Part shown: one piece after another, positions 29,535 to 38,618 of the stretch
How positions within the stretch are numbered: position 1 is the first letter of the stretch
Layout of the letters: each line of letters opens with the position of its first letter
Assembly (NCBI GenBank): GCA_018714345.1
Contig: DVNO01000012.1
Location: forward strand, 1-56,877
DNA: 56,877 nt
Source: Candidatus Enterousia avicola
GTDB taxonomy: Bacteria; Pseudomonadota; Alphaproteobacteria; Rs-D84
Direction of reading: 5' to 3'
Notes under the pieces: model-generated
Databases searched by the model: none
The model's input: the letters and a program-made list of their open reading frames with translations, nothing else
Told to the model about the DNA's origin: nothing
Made by a program: the position numbers and the translations under genes

Positions 29535-30623
29535 TTATGCGAACTTTAATAAAACCAACGCAAGCCCCGAAAACAATATCGACATTATGAAAAAGCGTTC
29601 TACTATTTTCGTTTCTGGCCACCCCAATTCCTCAAAGTGGTGATGCAATGGGGCGCGCAGAAATACACGCTTACCCGTTCCCGTTATTTTACGAGACGCT
29701 TTAAAATACATAGTCTGTATGAATGAAGACAACAAAATCAATACCATCATACCAGCAGCAATAGCCATTATTATCTCTGACTTCAGCAACATCGCAACTG
29801 TTCCCATAAATCCGCCCAAAGCCAAAGAACCAACATCACCCATGAAGATAGAAGCTGGCTTAGAGTTAAACCACAAGAATCCTAACACTGCACCAAACGC
29901 AGCGCCTAAAACTGCATACAGTCCGCTTGCCGCTGGTAAAAACATGACTGTATCCATAAACCCTATACGGGTTGCCCCATACAAAGCTACAACTAAGACA
30001 ACCAAAACAGGCATATAAAGTTTTACCAGCATACCATCTAATCCGTCTGTTATATTAGTTGCATTGGCACTGCCAGCTATAACGAAATAAGCAAATATGT
30101 AATAGAATATACCCAAAGGCCAAATTATACCAAATGGCAAAGCTAATGATAATTCGGGTATGTACAAAGGAATTGTTCTATTAATCAAATAAGCCAATAT
30201 CACAACACAAACAGCCTCTAGCCCCAAACGCGCCATAGGTGACAAACCATTTGATGCTTTTTTTGACTGAGATACGACTTTCTTATAATCATCAACAAAA
30301 CCGATTGCACCGAACATAACCAAAGCAGCTAGTGCTATCCAACCTGTTGGATTAGAAATTGGCATAAACAAAATACTTGGAATAAGAATTGCGGCGATGA
30401 TTAACAAGCCGCCCATAGTTGGCGTTCCCGCTTTTTTTCTATGCTCTTGCGGAACATTTTCACTTATTGGTTGCCCCTTCTTTTGCAATCTGTGCATCAT
30501 GCGTATGAATGGTCTGCCAAATAAAATCATAATTAAAAACGCCAGCCCAAACGCTGCGGCAAACTGAGTCCAACCACTTGCAAAAAATGTTGCGCCACGT
30601 TCAAAAAACAAAGATGTCAGCAT
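29535..30623 (-). CDS. mraY: phospho-N-acetylmuramoyl-pentapeptide transferase
   Basis: KAGTPTMGG, GFVDDY, NITDGLDG, IFMGDVGS and APLHHHFE motifs; start 30623 with AGGAG RBS. Confidence 0.97.
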   Translation of the reverse strand: MLTSLFFERGATFFASGWTQFAAAFGLAFLIMILFGRPFIRMMHRLQKKGQPISENVPQEHRKKAGTPTMGGLLIIAAILIPSILFMPISNPTGWIALAALVMFGAIGFVDDYKKVVSQSKKASNGLSPMARLGLEAVCVVILAYLINRTIPLYIPELSLALPFGIIWPLGIFYYIFAYFVIAGSANATNITDGLDGMLVKLYMPVLVVLVVALYGATRIGFMDTVMFLPAASGLYAVLGAAFGAVLGFLWFNSKPASIFMGDVGSLALGGFMGTVAMLLKSEIIMAIAAGMMVLILLSSFIQTMYFKASRKITGTGKRVFLRAPLHHHFEELGWPETKIVERFFIMSILFSGLALVLLKFA

Positions 30624-30676
30624 AAAAAACTCCTTCTTATGCTGACATTTTATCACATAAATATAAAAAGCCAAAA

Positions 30677-30970
30677 CTATTTAGCAACGCATGATATAGG
30701 TTCGCCATCGTTCAAGAACAATGTCCAATCTTCACCCTTGTTCCATAACGTAACAATAGTTTCGTTTAATTCCCCAACATAACGTGCACCAGACGCAGAT
30801 ATAGCCAAATCAAGCACCATTTCGTCACCGTTTATTATGGCGTTAAGCTTTTCACCATTTTCTGATAACGTCATTTGCACCTCATAGTCCCCGCACATGA
30901 CAACTTCTTTTTTGTCACCACAGCCCGCCAGAGCTAACAAGGACATTCCACATAGTAAAAATTTTTTCAT
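30677..30970 (-). CDS. MliC/PliC-like lysozyme-inhibitor lipoprotein
   Basis: Lipobox LAGC, AISASGARY, LWNKG and paired Cys. Confidence 0.82.
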   Translation of the reverse strand: MKKFLLCGMSLLALAGCGDKKEVVMCGDYEVQMTLSENGEKLNAIINGDEMVLDLAISASGARYVGELNETIVTLWNKGEDWTLFLNDGEPISCVAK

Positions 30971-30991
30971 TAATCTCCCCCTTTGTTTAAA

Positions 30992-33040
30992 TTAGAATAC
31001 ACCGCCTACAACCGGTCCAGAACTTTTCGTTTCTTTTTGGGGTGCAGGATTTGGTTTTTGTCCGGCTTTAAAAGCTTCCGTTATAATCATTCCATTTGGA
31101 TCGGCAGATGCCGCAGCACCACTCATCCTATTTACACGAACAAATGTCAAACCATCTGGCACAGGGAACGGCTGATTCGTCTCGTTCGCAAGTGCAGTTT
31201 TCATAAAATCTGCAAACACACGCGCTGCCATATGACTGCCTGCCCCCTTGCCCAAAGGTTGCGGTAAATCAAAACCTAAATAAACACCCGCAATTAAATT
31301 TTTAGAAAATCCAACGAACCAGATATCTTTCACATCGTTAGTAGTACCAGTTTTACCCGCGATAGTATGTCCCGCTACACGCGCTTGCTTACCTGTTCCA
31401 CGTTCGACGACACCTTGCAAAATAGAAACCATTTGATATAAGCTTTGTGGATCAGATAAAGGCTCGGATTCAGACAAACGTTCGGGTGGCAATAAATCTT
31501 CATTCCATTCTACCAATGTTACATTTCCACCGCCCAAAACACGTCCATACCTGTCTTCTATATAGTCCACAAGTTTTGGCTCTATTAAGCGTCCACCATT
31601 CACGAATGCTGAATAGCCTTGAACCAAACGCTGCAACGTTGTTTCACCAGAACCCAGTGCCAACGATAAATTCACATTCTTTAAGTCTTTCGGATAAACC
31701 CCGAATCGCTGCGCAACCTCTATGGCGTTTTCTACACCTAAATTTTGAACCATTCTTACCGCAGGAACATTCCTTGACGTCTCCAAAGCGTAGCGTAATG
31801 GTATATCCCCTAAGAATTTCTTATCATAATTTTCTGGTTTCCATAACGTTTCATCTTCACGCCAACCTACAATAGGCGCGTCTAATATCAGACTTTCTGG
31901 TGACACACCACGCTCTAAGGCGGCAAGATAAACAAATGGCTTTATCGTACTTCCAATCTGTCGCATAGCCTGTGTTGCTCTATTAAAGGAACTTTCGTTA
32001 AAAGAACGTCCCCCAACCATTGCAACTATTCGACCAGTATGAGGATTCATCGCAATAAGTGCACCCTGCAACTTCTGTTCGTTTTCACCGCGAACGGAAT
32101 TATATCTATCTAGTTCTTTATTCAGTGCGTCACTTGCCGCATGTTGTAATTCAGGAACAATCGTGGTCTTTATATATAGCCCTTCATTATACAAAGTCTC
32201 GCGACCAAGACTTTCAAGCAATTGACGGCGAACGTCTTCCGCAAAATATTGAAAATCTTCTTCCATCTGCGCAGTAAAACCACTGTTTATATTTAACGTC
32301 TCGGCTGCGGCTGCGTCCGCTTCTGCCTGAGTTATATAACCTTCGTCAACCATACGACGCAAAACATAATTTCTTCTTTCTATCGCATCTTCTCTGTTAT
32401 TTGGCGCCTTTGGCAGTGCCGCTAAGAAAGCGCACTCTGATAGCGTCAATTCTGATACAGGTTTATTAAAGTACATCAATGCCGCAGAACCTACGCCATA
32501 CGCACGTGCCCCTAAATATATCTGATTTAAATACAAAGTTAAAATATGTTCTTTTGAAAACGTTCTCTCTAAACGCAAAGCTAAAATAGCTTCTTTTATC
32601 TTTCTGGATATCGTTCTTTCAGACGTCAGGAAAAAGTTTTTTGCAACCTGCTGGGTTATTGTTGACGCACCAGAAAACCGCGCATTAAATCCCATCATAT
32701 GCAGACCATTATTAACAACCGCACGCGTTATTCCCTGAATATCTATTCCAGGATGCGTCCAAAAGTTTTGATCTTCTGCTGCAATAAACGCATTTACAAG
32801 TTGCGGTGGCAAATCCGCATAATCTATAAACACCCTGCGTTCTTCTGCATATTCTATCAACAGACTGCCATCAGATGCATACAGACGCGTTGCAACCGGT
32901 GGCGCATATGTTGCCAGTTTTTTATAATCTGGCAAATCATTACCATATATAAAAACGAGTACTGCCAACGCAGCAACACAAAAAGTAAAACCCCAAAATA
33001 ATATGTTTAAAAAAACTTTTAATACTTTTTTGAACTTCAT
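30992..33040 (-). CDS. mrcA: penicillin-binding protein 1A
   Basis: Transglycosylase motifs EDQNF, GASTITQQ and RKIKE; transpeptidase motifs STIK, SRN and KTGT. Confidence 0.93.
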   Translation of the reverse strand: MKFKKVLKVFLNILFWGFTFCVAALAVLVFIYGNDLPDYKKLATYAPPVATRLYASDGSLLIEYAEERRVFIDYADLPPQLVNAFIAAEDQNFWTHPGIDIQGITRAVVNNGLHMMGFNARFSGASTITQQVAKNFFLTSERTISRKIKEAILALRLERTFSKEHILTLYLNQIYLGARAYGVGSAALMYFNKPVSELTLSECAFLAALPKAPNNREDAIERRNYVLRRMVDEGYITQAEADAAAAETLNINSGFTAQMEEDFQYFAEDVRRQLLESLGRETLYNEGLYIKTTIVPELQHAASDALNKELDRYNSVRGENEQKLQGALIAMNPHTGRIVAMVGGRSFNESSFNRATQAMRQIGSTIKPFVYLAALERGVSPESLILDAPIVGWREDETLWKPENYDKKFLGDIPLRYALETSRNVPAVRMVQNLGVENAIEVAQRFGVYPKDLKNVNLSLALGSGETTLQRLVQGYSAFVNGGRLIEPKLVDYIEDRYGRVLGGGNVTLVEWNEDLLPPERLSESEPLSDPQSLYQMVSILQGVVERGTGKQARVAGHTIAGKTGTTNDVKDIWFVGFSKNLIAGVYLGFDLPQPLGKGAGSHMAARVFADFMKTALANETNQPFPVPDGLTFVRVNRMSGAAASADPNGMIITEAFKAGQKPNPAPQKETKSSGPVVGGVF

Positions 33041-33143
33041 AACTGTTGAATTTTAAATTATTTGTTTTGGCTTTGCAAGTTTTGTATACCAATAAAAAAG
33101 CCCCACATACAAATGTGGGACAAAACACAATATTCTTCGTTTT

Positions 33144-33848
33144 TTATAATTCTACTTTTCCATTTGTTGCAACTAAATCTGCCCCCATAGTAATCTTACC
33201 GCCCGCTTCGCGAACCAATAAATCACCAGCCGCAACTTCAGCAAAATCTAATGGGTCAGAAACGAATGCATCAAACTTCCCAGCTGCAACCCATGCTAAA
33301 TCCAATGCTGGGCATCCTGTCTTACGTACATCACCAATTAAACGACGAGAATCAGACACATTATATGCAATTGTCAAATCAGCTGGTTCTGATAAATTAG
33401 AAACTTTAACACGTGCCGAATGATAGGCAGAAAAAATATACGCCCCACGTTCAGCTTCTGCGTAATACAATCTTTCGTCAATCGGCGAATATACCAAAGC
33501 TATCTTCGTTTCGTCATTAGAACGCAGCGCCAAAGAAATTGCGAAATGAGGATTTGCACGAACGAAATTAGCCGCCCCAGACAAGGACAACACAAACTCA
33601 TCGCGACCGTCACCCTCTTGCGTCACGTTCGGCGTCAACAACCCAGCAGACGGGCGAACCAGCAACAAATCAGAAAGAATGCTTTCTTCTATTCTGGCAG
33701 CAGCTTTCTTTACAAAGTCACGCGCACCATGCAAAGATTGCTGAAGATTCTCAACCTCGCCAAAGTCATGACGCAAACCAGACGCAGTACGTTGCAGCGC
33801 CATAAACATTCTATTTAACTCAGTCGAGCCCTTTATCAGCAGTTCCAT
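33144..33848 (-). CDS. suhB: SuhB/inositol monophosphatase-family protein with degenerate catalytic motifs
   Basis: DFGEVENLQ, HFAISLAL, YAE..RGAY, G..ALDLAWVAAG.FD and AAG.LLVREAGG are present; DPLDGT is absent. Confidence 0.82.
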   Translation of the reverse strand: MELLIKGSTELNRMFMALQRTASGLRHDFGEVENLQQSLHGARDFVKKAAARIEESILSDLLLVRPSAGLLTPNVTQEGDGRDEFVLSLSGAANFVRANPHFAISLALRSNDETKIALVYSPIDERLYYAEAERGAYIFSAYHSARVKVSNLSEPADLTIAYNVSDSRRLIGDVRKTGCPALDLAWVAAGKFDAFVSDPLDFAEVAAGDLLVREAGGKITMGADLVATNGKVEL

Positions 33849-33873
33849 TACTGTGCCTCGTCTTTATTGTATA

Positions 33874-34086
33874 TTAAAACTTAAACCCTGCAAATTTCTT
33901 CTTAAAGCCCGCAGCACGCTGACCTTTCTCACCAGCGTTACTACGCTGACCGGTCCATGCAGAATGGTTCAAGTTATCTGTAGACAAAACTAAATCTTTT
34001 TTTACAGAAGAATACATCTTAATCGTGTTACCATCTGTCATTGTAACATTGATTTCGTGATATTCTGGATGAATTCCTTTTTTCAT
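33874..34086 (-). CDS. rpmE: 50S ribosomal protein L31 (Cys-free)
   Basis: MKKGIHPEYH...H.AWTG...F.KKF. Confidence 0.95.
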   Translation of the reverse strand: MKKGIHPEYHEINVTMTDGNTIKMYSSVKKDLVLSTDNLNHSAWTGQRSNAGEKGQRAAGFKKKFAGFKF

Positions 34087-34164
34087 CGTATTTACCCTTT
34101 ATGTTTTACAAGCCTGAAAATTATACAAACATTTTTCCAGAAATCAAGCAATATTCACATCTTA

Positions 34165-34683
34165 TTAATAGCGACCAATGCAACCTAAATAAGAATTTCC
34201 CGTAGATTCTAGTACATTTATAAACTGTGCCTGACTTTTCCCAGAAAACAGCGCAAGTATTGTCCCCGCGTCCGTCGCCAACATATCTGCAACGGTGGCA
34301 ATACCAGAATTCATTTTTTTAAAAAATCCACTGGCGGGGTATATCTCTGCCGCCAAAAGTTGGTTTTTACCGCTCTTTGATGCTTTTGCCGCCATTTTTT
34401 CTGATTCTATTACCATCAATTGACATTCAGGAGATATTATCAGCTTGTCCGTAACAACAGCATTACCCCCCAACAACTCGCCCCACCAACCAGTCGATTC
34501 ACAAAAAACAGGGTAATATACGGTTCCACTAGGATTTTTTTCCAAAATATCAACCAAATCTACGTCACCAGTCACTATTTCTGGCATTACACCAGTAGAA
34601 TTATTTATCACCTTACGCGCCAACTGATAATCAGGGTCGGCTTTCGTTTTACGTGGCCAATAAAGAATCGGAAACTGCTTCAT
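34165..34683 (-). CDS. hypothetical protein
   Basis: 172-aa ORF with TGaTATAAT 8 nt upstream. Confidence 0.72.
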   Translation of the reverse strand: MKQFPILYWPRKTKADPDYQLARKVINNSTGVMPEIVTGDVDLVDILEKNPSGTVYYPVFCESTGWWGELLGGNAVVTDKLIISPECQLMVIESEKMAAKASKSGKNQLLAAEIYPASGFFKKMNSGIATVADMLATDAGTILALFSGKSQAQFINVLESTGNSYLGCIGRY

Positions 34684-34751
34684 TGATATGAATTATATCA
34701 GATTCGGCATATACAAAAAAGAGGCCTACTATAAATAAAGCACTTGATTTT

Positions 34752-36041
34752 TTATTTTTTTAATGAGGCATACCATTTTTTTAGGTTTCCCCACATAATA
34801 TTTACATCTTTTTTAGCGGTATTATAGAAATCCTCAGGAATTTTTACATTTGCAAACAATGTTTTTACCAGCGCAGGTATCATTGTCATAAACATTGCAA
34901 TAAATATTCCCATCAAAAGAATCGTTATTATGCTGTCATTTCGCATCATCAGACCGTCCATTAAAATAGTTGAATCATTCTCTGACAAAGCTAATGCCAG
35001 CCTATCCGCACCGTCCCATTGACCAAATACTGCATTCAAGAACATAATCGAAAATGTTAAAAACACGCCAACCATTGCGATTCCTGCTGTTGCCTTTATG
35101 ACATCGTCTATCATTCCTTTTATTGTTTGACCACCATTTGGAAATATTGGCCAACCTTTAAACAACCATGACATTAACATGAACGGCAACATAACTAAAT
35201 CTAAGGACAGTTTTACCAATACCTCTAAGAAATATAACGGAACTGGTAACATCGCAGCAAAAAACAATACCAGAATTAATAAACCAACAAAGAAAATTGG
35301 CACGTTCGGGAATATAGGAACACCCCATAGTATGTGATGCATGTACTCTTCATTAAAAGCCATATTTAACATCGTCCAGCCTATGGTCATTCCAAGCCCA
35401 GTCATTTGATGTACGTTTGCAATTTCACATGTTAAATTATGACGCAGGCGCGGTGAAAACGCCCCCGATTCTGCCGAAGCAACGCTTGCAGCAGTTGGGT
35501 CTGCAACGGCTGTCGCAACAACACACGAAGCAAACTCATCGTTCCCCGCAACAGCACGATTCAAAGAAAGCCCGACATTAAAAATAGGTTCTATCGCTAT
35601 ACTTGTTATCAATCTAGGCAACGGTATCGCTATCAATGCAGCCACAAAAGCAAGCTTTATAAACTTTACACCAAAGTCACTAACTATTGACCATGGTTCT
35701 TCTATCTTCGCATTTAGAAATCCAGAAAATAATTTCCAAGCAAACCATACAGCCATTAAACCAGCAGAAAAAGGAACTATTACTGTCCCTATTGCGCTAT
35801 AAACACGTGGTAATAAACCAGACAGAGTTGAAATAATATCTGCGAACATCTGACATGACCAACAACTACTAAAGAAATTTAAAGCATCTGCCATATTAAC
35901 AGGTGCCGCTGTTCTATATATGGAAAAACCTGCAATAACCCCAAGTCCGGCTATTGTTCCAACAATAAGTGGCGCAGCCGCCCCTGCTGTGAAAGGCAAG
36001 AAAGATAAAAAAATAACCCAAAATTTTTTTAGTCGGTTCAT
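34752..36041 (-). CDS. polytopic membrane protein, VirB6/TrbL-like paralog 1
   Basis: Probable start MNRLKK at 36041; CWSC; many TMs; L.L.LVMLPF pattern shared with neighbours. Confidence 0.6.
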   Translation of the reverse strand: MNRLKKFWVIFLSFLPFTAGAAAPLIVGTIAGLGVIAGFSIYRTAAPVNMADALNFFSSCWSCQMFADIISTLSGLLPRVYSAIGTVIVPFSAGLMAVWFAWKLFSGFLNAKIEEPWSIVSDFGVKFIKLAFVAALIAIPLPRLITSIAIEPIFNVGLSLNRAVAGNDEFASCVVATAVADPTAASVASAESGAFSPRLRHNLTCEIANVHQMTGLGMTIGWTMLNMAFNEEYMHHILWGVPIFPNVPIFFVGLLILVLFFAAMLPVPLYFLEVLVKLSLDLVMLPFMLMSWLFKGWPIFPNGGQTIKGMIDDVIKATAGIAMVGVFLTFSIMFLNAVFGQWDGADRLALALSENDSTILMDGLMMRNDSIITILLMGIFIAMFMTMIPALVKTLFANVKIPEDFYNTAKKDVNIMWGNLKKWYASLKK

Positions 36042-36108
36042 TGCTTTTAAGTATACCATATTTTGCATTAAATGTGATATAATTGAAAAGATAAAAAATG
36101 CAGAGAGA

Positions 36109-37407
36109 ATGATTTTATTCAAAAAAATTCTTAACAGTTTGTGCTTACGCGGAATAACCGCAGCATTTTTTGCATTTTTTATTCTAACCCCGTTCAGTGC
36201 ATACGCAGCAGATTACGCTATTGTGGACGCGCTAAATCTTGCCCCTATCATTCCTACCATCCTTGATGCACTGATGGCAATTGCAACCGGCGGTTACGAA
36301 TTTTTTGTAGGAAATGGAACTGGGATAATCTACATACTGGTATGGGGCTTCCTTGCAGTATCGATGGCATTGTATTTGCTGAAAATGTACTTCCCAAAAA
36401 CATGGTTGTCTTTTTTTGGCTTCTCTGGCGGTGGCGAGATGATAGCCGGAGTAGACGGTATGAGTATTGCCACAAACATGTTAAAACCTGCTATCAGGGC
36501 TATAATAGCTGTAACGGTGTTGCTGCAACTAAAACCCGTTTATCTAACTGAATGGTTAATTAACCCTTTCTTACAATTCGGTTCTCTTTATACACACCAC
36601 ATAACAGAAACAATTAATGAAACTGGCACGAACGCAAAAAAAATAGAATGCCCTCAATCTGTGATAGACCAAGGATGGATAACAAAAGAAAGCTGTGAAT
36701 TTTTGGTTCAACCAGTTTCCGACCTATCCCATGCAAACAATCAAATCATAAAACGAGGCTTTGATTTTATTACCCGCGGTTTAAAGGGACTTATAACTTT
36801 AATACCACATGGTGGTGAAGACTTCCTTAACCTTGTTACAGGCATAATTTTAGTTATCACTTTTGTTTCAAGTAACCTTTTCATGGCTTTGTTAATAATA
36901 CAGGCAATATTTAATTTTGGTATGGCCCTAGTTCTGTACCCGTTTCAGGTTTTGGTTTATGTAGTTAAACCAAACGACAAATGGTTAGATATATGGCCGG
37001 CCTTTGGCGGAATAACAAAAGCCTTGCAGAAAATAGTTGTTACTATGATTGCATGCGCTTTTATGCTATGTGTAAATTTGGCTATAATAAAAGCTTTGTT
37101 CCAATGGAATTCGTCGGTATTTGTAGTCGCAGCAGGTGGAACTGCGTCCTCTAATATTCCATCCGCAGTAAATACAAGTCTTGGTTTCGGACAACATTCC
37201 ATATTATGGTTATCAGCAATTTTAACATTTTATTTGATGTTTAAGTTGTTTGATTTAACACGTGAAAAACTTGATACGTACGTTGGAAAAGATTCTGCCA
37301 ACCTATATAACCAAGTTAAGGGCGATTCAAAAATCTTAATCAATCGTGCCAAAGGCATTGGGTCTGCAATAGGTACAGCAGCAGGGTGGATAAAAAAGAA
37401 GAAATGA
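36109..37407 (+). CDS. polytopic membrane protein, VirB6/TrbL-like paralog 2
   Basis: Probable start MILFKK at 36109 behind TGaTATAAT; TM pattern and loop Cys pair match the neighbours. Confidence 0.6.
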   Translation: MILFKKILNSLCLRGITAAFFAFFILTPFSAYAADYAIVDALNLAPIIPTILDALMAIATGGYEFFVGNGTGIIYILVWGFLAVSMALYLLKMYFPKTWLSFFGFSGGGEMIAGVDGMSIATNMLKPAIRAIIAVTVLLQLKPVYLTEWLINPFLQFGSLYTHHITETINETGTNAKKIECPQSVIDQGWITKESCEFLVQPVSDLSHANNQIIKRGFDFITRGLKGLITLIPHGGEDFLNLVTGIILVITFVSSNLFMALLIIQAIFNFGMALVLYPFQVLVYVVKPNDKWLDIWPAFGGITKALQKIVVTMIACAFMLCVNLAIIKALFQWNSSVFVVAAGGTASSNIPSAVNTSLGFGQHSILWLSAILTFYLMFKLFDLTREKLDTYVGKDSANLYNQVKGDSKILINRAKGIGSAIGTAAGWIKKKK

Positions 37408-38618
37408 ACGAAATAGCAAACTCTTTTGTTGAAAGCACTGCGCAATGTTGGGGTTGCCCAATATTTGACCGTTTGTTTCAAATAATTTCTTATGCGGCTG
37501 CCGCCGTATATGATAAGTTTGCAATTTTTTGCGTCATAATATTCTGCGTCCTATTCGCTTTTTATATTATAAACGCGTTCTGGAAAAATATGAAAGACGG
37601 CGTTTCTGATCCGTTTTATCAAAAATCTATTAAACCTGTATTTATAAATTCTATTGTGGCGTTGGCTCTTTTAAGTATGGGGGTTATGTTCCCACGCTTT
37701 ATAACAAGTATTACGTTTGAACCCGTAGCAGATCTGACTCTTATCTACACGCAAAGCATGTTAAAAACAGACAATAGCGTTGTAAACGAGAAGGTAACAT
37801 ATCAACCAGAAACTATAAACGATGAAGGATTTTACCGCCCACAGCTGCGTGACAAAATTATAATGCTTATGAAAACAACTATCACACAGTTCCAAGCATA
37901 CATGAAACTTGGTATTGCTATCATGGACAAAGCGTTTTCTTTAAAAGCACTGCTTGGAATAGGTTCTTTAATAAAGCACATACTTCTATTCGTGATTGGC
38001 TTATATTTAACCTATGGGTTCTTTAAACTTTTCTTGTATTTCTGCTTTTATTTTGCTGACGTAATCATAGCGATGACCTTTTTCGCCTTTTTCTTCCCAT
38101 TGTCGTTAATACTAATTTCTTTCAAGGGTGGAAATGCGCCCAATTGGATTTTATCACTTGGGAAAAACGTTGGAACCAACCAATTTAAAAATTTAATAAA
38201 CTCTATCGTTACATTGGCGTCTGCTGTTATTACATATACTGTAATAATGGTTATACTTGCAAAATTTTTCTCTGCCCAGGGGCAAAGTGCAGCCGAAATC
38301 ATGGAGCTTATAACCACAGGGCAAATATTTGCTGACGATCTTTCAACAGACAACCTTGCAGCTATGACAATCGGTAGCTGTATAATTCTTGTTTATGTGT
38401 TAAACTTCATATACAGTCAAATTCCACAGGTTACATCTATGATTATGGATTCGTTCGGCGTTTCTACAAAGAATGATTTGAGCGAACAACTGGCAAAGGA
38501 CGCGATGAAGTTAACATCAAACGTAATAAATACAGCAGTTAGCATCGGGAAAAACATTTTAAGTGGTGGCGAAACAAAAGATAAAAAAGAAGGCGACAAA
38601 AAAGCGGAAAAGAAATAA
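37404..38618 (+). CDS. polytopic membrane protein, VirB6/TrbL-like paralog 3
   Basis: ATGA overlap with the previous gene; CWGC; TFEP; FFFPLSL. Confidence 0.6.
   Translation: MNEIANSFVESTAQCWGCPIFDRLFQIISYAAAAVYDKFAIFCVIIFCVLFAFYIINAFWKNMKDGVSDPFYQKSIKPVFINSIVALALLSMGVMFPRFITSITFEPVADLTLIYTQSMLKTDNSVVNEKVTYQPETINDEGFYRPQLRDKIIMLMKTTITQFQAYMKLGIAIMDKAFSLKALLGIGSLIKHILLFVIGLYLTYGFFKLFLYFCFYFADVIIAMTFFAFFFPLSLILISFKGGNAPNWILSLGKNVGTNQFKNLINSIVTLASAVITYTVIMVILAKFFSAQGQSAAEIMELITTGQIFADDLSTDNLAAMTIGSCIILVYVLNFIYSQIPQVTSMIMDSFGVSTKNDLSEQLAKDAMKLTSNVINTAVSIGKNILSGGETKDKKEGDKKAEKK

Noticed and set aside
33874-34086. Cys-free L31 as a zinc-starvation paralog
   Set aside because: Cys-free L31 is the normal form in Alphaproteobacteria; no Zur box or L36 partner seen
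35920-36122. Apparent 200-bp head-to-head overlap of two membrane-protein ORFs
   Set aside because: Artifact of longest-ORF calling; starts at 36041 and 36109 leave a 67-bp promoter gap
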